Below, in pieces: positions 25,032 through 35,294 of a stretch of 64,000 bases of DNA. This DNA is from Stegostoma tigrinum (Eukaryota), in the NCBI RefSeq assembly GCF_030684315.1, contig NC_081361.1, forward strand, positions 41,461,045 to 41,525,044, given 5' to 3'. A program made the translations under genes and the position numbers. A model generated the notes under the pieces. It made no database searches, was not told where the DNA came from, and saw only the letters and a program-made list of their open reading frames with translations. Positions within the stretch are counted from its first letter, which is position 1, and every line of letters begins with the position of its first letter.

Positions 25032-27146
25032 AATCATTGTACTTACAGTGAGTAACTATATGCTTTAGGTCTTGACAAACAGAGTTTAAAATGACAAATA
25101 TTAAGTGCGCATGATTTTCATGCTGGAAAGTTGAAAAGCAGAGTATCAATACTTCAAATCTTAAGAATTCATTTACTTTGTTTAAAATTCTAAGCAGCAT
25201 TGTCAATATTCTATAAATATGTCTTTTCCAACTGTAGGCATTAGTTATCAGTGAAATTGGTGGCACCACAATTACTAAATGCTGGTCAAGGAGCTAATAT
25301 TTTCAGAGGAAAGATGGACGATATTTTAACCACTAAAGTAAAACCTCTATTATAAAAAGAAAACAAAAGGTGATAACTACTCAGTCCTGAATGAGCAATG
25401 GCACGCTAATAAAATATCTAACTTTCCCAAGCTGTTTGATCTGATTTAATTCCTGATAACAAGTAAATATGATTATTTAATTTTTTCTGTAATATTAACC
25501 AACTGTAATTTTGCTTTTTGCATTGTACAGGGTTGGTCAACTTAGTTAATTTTGTGAAGCTGTTTGCTATGCTGTTTTCATAACAAAGAAAACAAGTATT
25601 CTCGAATTTTGGTTCTTAATGACCCTTTTTTCAGTACTTGCCTAATGTCTAGTTTGTTTACTACATTACTGCTTTAATGAAAATGTTGATTTAAGTAGCT
25701 CAAATAACAGAAATATTGCAACTAGAAGAATGAATTCTGAAGTGAATGAGTTAAGAAATCACATTGTATACAGAAGTTCACAGCTCTTAAAATAATTGCA
25801 TTAGGTACTCATTGAAGATAATGCACAGAAATCATAATTGCACACTTATGATGTAACATTAAGTGAGGTTATTAATTCATATACAATAGTATCTTCCTGA
25901 ACATGGTACATCAAATACACATCCCTTTTGGATATACACATGATTCTGTAAACAGATCAAGTAGACAGAACCAATGTTTATTTTCAAATCTTCTGATTAA
26001 TTTGTAAATTTGTGAAATGATTTCAGTGTAAGAATGCTACCATTGTTTCTAAGTGATTACTACATGTGCTTCCACAAAAAAAAAGAAGGCATTTTGATTA
26101 GCCTGAAGAGAAAATGGAAGAGAAGGGGAAGGATTATAAATGGAATGCCACTTGTAAATCTTAAAAGCCCACTCTAACCTTCCAACTATATAGGAAAACA
26201 AGATGAAGGGACAATGTTTTATGACTGGAATTTGCAGGAATCCATGGACCTTGTTCATTTAAGAATAAGGTTGTTTGTTTTTGTCAATTTTTGTTTTAAA
26301 AACAGTCAATGATGAATGTTTTAAAGTATACACTGGTGAGGTATCAGGATTTTTTTCTTACACCCTGCTGCCACTGGCACTCCCTCCTTAAAAAAAAAGG
26401 TGGAATGTACTGTCCTAACTTTCAAATGCTATTACGATGATTTAAAATGATAATTACGCATTTTGATTTTCATATATATGAAAACAAAATAAGCAGACAT
26501 CTTTGGGGTTATGTCCAATAGTGACTGAGATCGGTGAGTGGCTAAAATAGCCTCTGAGCATCTGCAGTGGTGCAGTTTAAGGCAGTGATGGAATCCAAAG
26601 TAGTTTTACTTGCATTAAAATTTTAGCACAACGATGTCACGTAGTTGTACCTATTGTACAAATTTGGTTGATGTCTGACCTGAAGAAGCAAAAAAATATA
26701 TAGTTTAAGCACTCGCTAAATGCTGGCTGTTACTCCTGATGGGATTAGAATGTCTGTCTTGTCTGAGTTTGCAATAATTAAGAGGTGTGTGTCTTCAAAG
26801 TTAGTAATGTTAGTAGATATACCAGATCTATGATTTAACTAAGTGAAAAGTAATACATGTACTAAATAAAATAATACAGAATATTAATCTGATCTCCCGC
26901 AGCTGGGTTATGAGATTTCACCTACTACTGCCAGTTTGACAGCTGCTGCACATTCACTCAAGTAGTTTCAAGGAAGAGCTATTTTGTTCTTAAGTTCCTT
27001 AAAGGGGGTAGCAGTCCTGTTTAATATGTGTTTAAAATGTATAAATCCACATGTTAGTACAAGATGGTAGTCCTAAATAAAAAGTTAGAAGTAGATAGCG
27101 TATAAGGAAATTTCAAAGAGATAAAAAGCAGTAGACTGTAGGGACA

Positions 27147-27818
27147 GTGATAATGGGAACTGCAGATGCTGGAGAATCCAAGATAATGAAATGTGAGGCT
27201 GGATGAACACAGCAGGCCAAGCAGCATCTCAGGAGCACAAAAGCTGACGTTTCGGGCCTAGACCCTTCAGAGAGGGGGATGGGGTGAGGGTTCTGGAATA
27301 AATAGGATATATTCCGCTTGGGAACCCTGCAGCCCAATGGTATCAATGTGGACGTCACCAGCTTCAAAATCTCCCCCTCCCCCACCGCATCCCAAAACCA
27401 GCCCAGTTCGTCACCTCCCCCCACTGCACCACACAACCAGCCCAGCTCTTCCCCTCCACCCACTGCATCCCAAAACCAGTCCAACCTGTCTCTGCCTCCC
27501 TAACTTGTTCTTCCTCTCACCCATCCCTTCCTCCCACCCCAAGCCACACCTCCATCTCCTACCTACTAACCTCATCCCACCTCCTTGACCTGTCCATCTT
27601 CCCTGGACTGACCTATCCCCTCCTCACCTATACTTTCCTCTCCACCTATCTTCTTTTCTCTTCATCTTCGGTCCGCCTCCCCCTCTCTCCCTATTTATTC
27701 CAGAACCCTCACCCCATCCCCCTCTCTGATGAAGGGTCTAGGCCCGAAACGTCAGCTTTTGTGCTCCTGAGATGCTGCTTGGCCTGCTGTGTTCATCCAG
27801 CCTCACATTTCATTATCT
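27147..27818. mobile_element. Penelope insertion with inverted terminal repeats in the DIO1 3'UTR
   Basis: Minus arm 27147-27307 joined to plus arm 27308-27818 (LGTLQPNGINVD remnant); 15-bp TSD TAGAC(T/C)GTAGGGACA at 27132-27146 and 27819-27833. Confidence 0.9.
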
Positions 27819-28421
27819 TAGACCGTAGGGACATGCTGGTGAAGGAAACTGTTTTACGTCCTGCAGTCTATTCAGGTCCTGAGAGACTGTTATTGAGGGC
27901 TAATTAATATTATAATCTTTTCATAGTTTCGACTGAATTAGAGACAATATTGGGGATGGTGTTGTTCTAAGTTGGATACGGTATTAACACTTATTTACGG
28001 GTAGCCTTTGATACAGAAACAGGTCTTGCAGAATGGGGCCGATAAGAATGGAAAGGTGTAAAGAAACAGTAATAGGTTGGCAGCCTACGAAGGGATGTTT
28101 GATTTAGTTTATCTGTAAGCATAAAATGTACTACAAAAAAAAAACAATTTTATGAATGAATGAAAGGAAACACGGGATAGTAAACAGAGCACTTTATCAA
28201 TAACTTAATTACGAGAATCATGATACAATACCTCACACACCGAATAATTTTTCTTCCATAGTCATATCATCAGATCCCAGTAACCGCTTTAAAACCAAGA
28301 AAATCACTAAATATGGAAGAAACCTTATTTGATTTGCTTGTATTATATCATTCATTTGCACCTGAGTGTGCCAATGAAAGCTATCTCAAGGCTTCCTGCC
28401 AGTAGTGATTCCACCAGTATT

Positions 28422-28487
28422 TTAATTTACATTTTGTAAAAGTAATCGTACTTCTTCAAGTCTATATCCCTCAGGACCCCTTGCACC
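28422..28487 (-). CDS. DIO1: DIO1 coding exon 4 (GARGPEGYRLEEVRLLLQNVN*)
   Basis: Acceptor tttttcag; G..GP..Y..EEVR..L deiodinase C-terminus; TAA 28424-28422. Confidence 0.92.
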   Translation of the reverse strand, partial: GARGPEGYRLEEVRLLLQNVN

Positions 28488-30069
28488 CTGAAAAACCAAA
28501 AATGAAAATAATTAGTTAGATGGATCAATTAACATACTTCATCCCTCTCTGCCAAAGCCCAATGATACATTAACTTCATTTGTGACCCAACAGATTTGAC
28601 AAACTCTACTCCCTTTCTCCAGAACAAACATCTGTTCTTATTCTAGCTTTCTCATTTATGAAATTGTACGATTGCAATTATTCTGCTCCATTCAGTCAGG
28701 AATGTAAAACACTAAACAAAATACAGTATTTTTTCTTGTTCCTTTAAGTTTGTGTGTTACCTTTCATAATTAATTAAAAATGATCAAAACACAACTAATG
28801 ATATAAATTATCAATAAATTCAGTTAGTCATTATGTTTGGACAGGTTAGCTTGATGGCTAGCATGTGTTTCAGAATACAACAACAGCAGGGGTTTAAATG
28901 CCATTCTGCCAGAGTTAGATTCGGGACCTGCTTTCTTACCCTGCACAGGAATGGAAGGCATTGGTAAACCACCGCTGACAAAAAGGGAGAACAAAGAAAA
29001 TGGATCAGGATAAATCAGAAAGTGAACCAAATACTTGCCTTCAGGAACAGCAATATGACATAACATTAATCAGTCCCATTACAAGTTTTTCCATTCATAG
29101 GATGAGGGTGTCACCATTCATTACTGTATTAAATACTGTATCAGTTTCTAATTATCCATAGAGCAGTTCAGAGTCAACCATATGGCTGAGAGTCTGGAGT
29201 CACATGTAGACCAGATCAGGTAAGGATGGCAGATTTTCTTCTCTTTAAAAAAAAAGGACATGTGTCACCCAGACGGGTTTTTCTGACAATCAGCAACGGT
29301 TTCATGGTCGGCATTAGACTTTTAATCCCAGATTTTTATTGAATTCAGATCCCACCATCTGGCATGACAGGATTTGAACTTATGTCTCTATTAATAGTCT
29401 AGCAATAATACCACTAGGTATTATCCATAATGAGAATGAGAAACATTTCACTTTGAGTGGACACAGCTGAGTTTAGGAATACTACTGACCGCAACAATTG
29501 TTTTGATGCACATTGTAAATGAGCTAGTTCTTCACAGACGCTTTAATGGCCAGCCCTTTTTGTCACCCATGGATTTATGTTTTATTTAAATTTTAGTTTA
29601 ATTGAACTGATATTATGGAACCTGGACTGAAGGCCAACTGCCAACCTTTATGCAAAATTTTACAATAAAACCTGCACTGTGTCTCAATCCATGATGTGGC
29701 TGTTGAGCTCATTTGCTCTTCAACCACTGTTTGTTTCTATTTGATTCTTATTACCATCGATTTCTAATGAAATGTACAAATCTGCACCACTTTCCAATTT
29801 TCTCTTCAGGTATTAGAAATAAATTTCTACCCTACACCAAACATCTCTTCAGAATCATTTCTAGCACAATATTCAAATGCTTCAATAATTCAGAAAATTA
29901 AACCCACAGATTTATTTATAAATTTACCCAAGTGATCTTCAAATTATTCCAACAACTTTTATCTGCATGGCTCAAAACCCACCAGTCTCACGAGCATTTC
30001 GGATCTTGTGTACATCTCCTGATTGGTTAGATAACTTGATTGCTGCTTTTCAATTAAGACAATTAACAG

Positions 30070-31050
30070 GTACAGAAGTAGGACATTTGGCCCATCAAGT
30101 CTGTTCCACAATTCAATTAGATCACTATTGATTTAATAATGCTCAACTTCAATTTCCTGTCCTCATAACCCTGGATTCCCTTACTAATTTAAAAAAAAAG
30201 TGTCTCTCAACTTTGAATATTCTTAACCAAATTGCAACAGTTCTCAGTGGTAAAGAATTCCACATATTCACAACTCTCGAGAAGAAATTAGCACCCTTAG
30301 GTTCCCTAGTAGTTTTGCGCCACTGGTATAATTTCCTCCCCATTTCTGCCCCTTGATTTAGCCTCTTTGAATGAAATTAGTATCCTCCATTATTGTTGTC
30401 CATTATTATTTACCCAGCTTCATTTTCTAAGGAGCCTATGTTTACTTTGGCTTCTCTCTTCCTTTTTATATAAATTTATTGTGTTACAGTCATTGTTTCC
30501 TAAAGGATCTTTTATTCTGAAGTCACTTATTACAGTTGCGTCATTATACGTTAACAGATCCAAAATAACCTGATCTCTGGCTGGATCCACAGCATTGTTG
30601 CTTTGAGAAACTCTCCTGAATACACAATGAATTCTTCCTTGCAACTACCCCTGCCAATTTGATTTTCACAATCCACATGAAAAGTGACCCATAATTAACC
30701 TACGGTCTTTTCCACATTTCTTCATTACTTTGATTAATTTTTTGCCCTACAGTACAGTTACTGTTAGATGCTTTTAGACTACGCCCAATCTTCCCCTTTT
30801 TAGGTTTCACTTCCACCAATATAGATTATCTAACTTCTTTTCCAAGAACACTTCTTGCCATCATGTTCATTCAATTCCATATCAAAAAACTCTACCCCAT
30901 CATTCTTTCCTTCCTACCTGTCTCACACCCCAGTATATTTAATTCCCAGCTTTGATCCCCTTGTAACAGTCAGAATATCATACACATGAACATCTATTTG
31001 TTCTGTTAATTCATTTACTTTGTTTCAATTACCACATATTATAGTAATCC
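30070..31050 (-). mobile_element. Decayed CR1 fragments
   Basis: NFFSRVVNMWNSLP; endonuclease remnant P.RDQVILDLL...DPLGNND.N. Confidence 0.7.
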
Positions 31051-31169
31051 AACTCACAGTTGTCTGAATATATTTTATTTGATTCGAGTAATAGATAGAA
31101 AGAACAAGCTAGGTCCCAAGCTGTTTGTTTTCAGGTCATGGGAGTTAGGTAGACACTAAAAATAATTGA

Positions 31170-32225
31170 GTATAGATGGTGGGTACGTGGACAGTGCAGA
31201 GAGCTGTTCTTGGTTACAAAGGGACATTGATAGGATGCAGAGCTGGGCTGAGAAATGGTAAATGGAGTTTAACCCTGAAAAATGAGGTGATTCATCTTGG
31301 AAGGACAAACTTGAAAGCAGAATACAGGGTTAACGGAAAGCTTGGAGGAGCAGAGGGATTTTGTGGTTCATGTTCACAGTTCCCTGAAAGCTGCCACCCA
31401 GGTGGATAGAAGATAACGAAATGAGAGGCTGTATGAACACAGCAGGCCCAGCAGCATCTCAGGAGCACAAAAGCTTTTGTGCTCCTGAGATGCTGCTGGG
31501 CCTGCTGTGTTCATCCAGCCTCACATTTCGTTATCTTGGACTCTCCAGCATCTGCAGTTCCCATTATCACCCAGGTGGATAGAGTTGTTTAAAACGCATA
31601 TGTTGTGTTAGCTTTCATTAATAGAAGGGATTGAGTTCAAGAGCCATGAAGTTGTGCTCCAGCTATACAAAACCCTGGTTCGGCCACATCTGGAGTGTTG
31701 TGTCCAGTTCTGGTCGCCTCATTATCGAAAAGATGTGGAAGCATTGGAAAAAGTGCAGAAAAGATTTTCCAGGATGTTGCCTGGAATGGAGGGAAGGCCA
31801 TATGAGGAAAGGTTGAGCGCGCTAGGGCTTTTCTCTTTAGAACAACGAAGGATGAGAGGTGACTTGATAGAGGTGTACAAATTGATCAGAGGCATAGACA
31901 GAGTGGACAACCAGGGACTTTTTCCCTAGTGTGGAGGTAGTCATTACAAGGGGGCATAGTTTTAAAGTGGAGTGGAGGTAGATATACGGGAGTCATTAGA
32001 GGTAGGTACTTTAGTCAGAGAGCGGTTGGGGCATGGAATGCATTATCGGAGAGGGTAGTGCAGTCGGCCTCATTAGGGGCATTTAAGCGGCTACTAGATA
32101 GGCATATGGATAATAGTATAAAGGTAGGGGTGGAGGTTAGATAGACCTTAGAATTAGGGTTAAAGTTCAGCACAACATCATGGGCCGAAAGGCCTGTACA
32201 GTGCTATATTGTTCTATGTTCTATT
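31170..32225 (+). mobile_element. CR1 LINE 3' part, interrupted by a palindromic Penelope insertion
   Basis: [32 protein letters not shown]; (ttctatg)n tail. Confidence 0.9.
31411..31567. mobile_element. 157-bp fold-back Penelope-derived insertion centred on AGCT
   Basis: 63-bp arms about 31473/31474; 16-bp TSD CACCCAGGTGGATAGA at 31395-31410 and 31568-31583. Confidence 0.9.
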
Positions 32226-32530
32226 ATTTTCAATCTTTTAAAAAGAATTAGTTTGATTGAGGAAGAGAGACTGAAAGCATAGTAAAACCAGAGTGCAGTA
32301 ATTACATGAAGCAGCTTGAAACTAAACTATTAGAGAAGCACTCTCTATATATAGAATTGTAACCCAGTAGGGATGGTCTTCTTCAGAAAAAGCAGAGGGC
32401 TGAAAGTCAAATGCATTATTCTGTGCTCCAGGGCTTCAGCAGAAGAATAATATAAAACACAAAATAGAAAAACAAGGTGAAACGTTTGAACAGACATTGA
32501 CTTCATCATGAATGTCAAAATACTACATAC

Positions 32531-32730
32531 CTTGTAAATGATTTTGCCATTGAGCACCACATACAGTCTTTCTGGCATAGCTGCATATTTGGCACTAGTC
32601 GCATTATCCATAGTGTCCACTACCACTGGACATTGTGCCTTCTCATTTAGCAATATCCTTGCTGCATCCAATCGCTCACTTAATGTCTGATGTTGTTTGA
32701 TATCCACATTGTTTTTGAAAGCCCAGCCAT
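32531..32730 (-). CDS. DIO1: DIO1 coding exon 3 ([14 protein letters not shown]...[15 protein letters not shown])
   Basis: 200-nt exon; [16 protein letters not shown] and YAAxPERLY motifs. Confidence 0.96.
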
Positions 32731-32916
32731 CTGTTAAAAAAGATAGAAACTTGAGCAAAAATTGAAAAGATCACATTTAACTTGTCATTTGGCTATAGAT
32801 GATATAGAAAACTGCCACTTCTCAAGTTGGGATTGAATAGAACTAGTCAAACTTGACAGAAAACAAAAACACCAAACTCTATTTACGTGAAGAAGAAAGC
32901 ATAACAGATTACATTT

Positions 32917-33145
32917 GGAAAAAAAACAAAAGAACTGTGGATGCTGTAAATCAGGAATAAAAACAAAGTTGCTGGGAAATCTCGGCAGGTCTGGCAGCAT
33001 CTGTGAAGAAAAAATTAGAGATAACGTTTCGGGTTCAGTGACCCTTCCTCCGAACTGATGGTGGTTGGGAAAATGTCAGTTTATATGCATATAAACTGAT
33101 ATTTCCCCAGCCACCATCAGTGCTGAGGAAGGATCACCGGACCTG
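32917..33145. mobile_element. Fold-back insertion of a second Penelope-like family
   Basis: Palindrome centred on ATGCAT 33085-33090; CTGAGGA..GAA core variant; 14-bp TSD AACAGATTACATTT at 32903-32916 and 33146-33159. Confidence 0.75.
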
Positions 33146-33751
33146 AACAGATTACATTTAATCTGATTTTGAAAAAGTCGAGGTAAAAGGGTCTGAGTAC
33201 ATTCCGCTGAAAACCATAACAATTGTTAGCAGCAGAATACATTTGGGGAAGTACATGAATAAGAAATGTTTGGAGGGATATGGGCCAAGCGGAGGCAGGT
33301 GGGACTATTTTAGTTTGGGATTGTGGGTGGCATGGACTGGTTGGACCAAGGGGTCTGTTTCCATGCTGTATGACTTTATAAAACGAATAAGGAATCAGTG
33401 TTTCAAGGAACACAGGGCTTTGTTTTATATTTCTTCTCCTGGTTTTCACCTCATGTGCAGTTCAACTCAAAGGGAATCACAGCTAATCTTACACTCACCT
33501 AACATTTACATTTTCCAATTGGTTCAATAATTATTAATTAGTAGGAGCATTCTCTGGGCTTTGTCTCCATAGGTGACTGACTTGCATAAACCAGCTTCAG
33601 TTGGGATGAACTAGCCAGCAGTCTGGGACTGGAACCTGGGGTATTATGGAATTATATGGACTGTAATCATTTACCACCTAGCCTTTGATATACATGAAAA
33701 GATAAAAATTTGATAAGGATTTGCAAACTCAAAAGGTTTTTTTTTAAATAC

Positions 33752-33895
33752 CTGTGGCATGAGCCTCCTGAATGTAGACAACCAGGAAATCAGCTACAGA
33801 TGTAAAATCTTCAACAAGCTGCTTGAACTCAGCAAACTTGAAAAGAAATGGGGGTCAGGAGCAGCTTCCAAAGTTCAAGATCAGTGGTCTGTCGT
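33752..33895 (-). CDS. DIO1: DIO1 coding exon 2 with selenocysteine ([47 protein letters not shown])
   Basis: 144-nt exon; in-frame TGA at 33857-33855 in the RPLxLNFGSCxUPxF active-site motif; missed by the ORF track because of the TGA. Confidence 0.96.
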
Positions 33896-34089
33896 CTAAG
33901 AGAGAGAGAAAATAAAATCTGAGTGTTGACACATAAAATGGAAAGAGTTAAAGTTCAACTCAGCAAGAATGTAAAGCTTGCAATTTCAAATAAACGTGTT
34001 AGACTATAATCTGGTATTGTGTGACTTCTGCCAATAACATTATAGTGGTCCGTTAGCATGTTGTAAGTTAAATGACAGAAAAATTGTTG

Positions 34090-34790
34090 AGGTTTGCTAA
34101 ATAGCCAGATGATATCAGTGTGGATCAGCACTTACTGGTGTACTCAGAACTATGCATTACATGGTAATTGTTTTTGCAACGTGCAGCAAAAGATTAACAA
34201 GCCTCAGGCAGACCAAAGAGCATCTGTGGTCATTCACCTCATTGATGAATCTCCAGGTCAGATGTTGTTTATCTCCGAGTGCACCTCAGAACAATCCATG
34301 GAACAGATCCATGCTTTACATGGGATGATAACTGGCAAAGATCACAGCAATTTTTTCCCGGATGTGCTTTGCAAAGGCACATTCCTAGAAATGGTTCCAC
34401 CCCACCACAGCCACGTCAAGGGCAATGTGCAAAGGGGCTGAGACTCCAGCCATGTAGGAGGCAGATGTTTGTTTTACATCTTATGATTATGAGGCATTCT
34501 GCCAAATGACTTTGACAGACTGCTCAAAGAACCATTTGACAGGATCCATCAGGTCCTTTTCTCATACAGCCTCCAGGACACTATGTATTGACCACAAATG
34601 ATCAAAGGTGTTTTTCTGCGTAATCATTCCACAAAGGACAGATGGCACAACATGGTCCTACTGAATGGAGCATTCCTTGCAACATTGGTACAGACCTGTC
34701 AGGCAGCCCCTCTGCAAACAGCAACACTTAGTGTTTGTGTACTGAGGTGTGCACACAACTTGGTGTAGACATACACAAAAGATGACCATT
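34090..34790 (-). mobile_element. Probable Tx1/L1-clade LINE 3' fragment
   Basis: Decayed minus-strand remnants WF.EQSVKVIWQNAS and a Cys-rich C-terminal segment; clade call from recall only. Confidence 0.45.
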
Positions 34791-35294
34791 GGGATGCAAG
34801 TAAAGTTGAGCACACGCTTCCTCCCGTTATCTAGCAATACATGCTTGATTATTCAGTACCAGAGAAATGCTTCACCCTGTTTATAGGTCTGATTTCCCAA
34901 CTTAAGTTAGTGAGATTACAGATAATACAACATTCCTCAAAAGGCAGCTACACGTTATTACACAAGATACTGAAGATAGGGAGGGCACGCTTACATGAAC
35001 TATTTACCGTATATATTCAAGTAACAGTCGCGCTTGCAAATTTGGTCTATGAACAAATCCTCAAGTACAGATTGACCGTAACTTTGTATACATACCACCT
35101 ACTCACTGCTGAAATCAACCTTACCCTGCTGCAAACCTATTTGACAGAAGCAGAGCAAGATACCATTGAAATCAACTGTTCTCCTCCTCATATCTGTGCA
35201 CACCAGCATGTAATGTCATGGTCACCACCCCACTGGTACACAGTGTCCTCACCTATCACACTCGTTAACATAGCAACATAGGATCAAGGCAGAC

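Noticed and set aside
28262-28310. Proximal SECIS-like GTGA...AAA...TGAT on the DIO1 strand
   Set aside because: Helix II is weak (mismatches next to the core, several G-U pairs) and there is no clear helix I; the distal element is far better
33855-33857. In-frame TGA suggesting a DIO1 pseudogene
   Set aside because: It occupies the conserved Sec position, all exons are intact and a SECIS is present
34841-35281. 146-aa plus-strand ORF in DIO1 intron 1
   Set aside because: No recognisable motif or splice context; lies among decayed repeats
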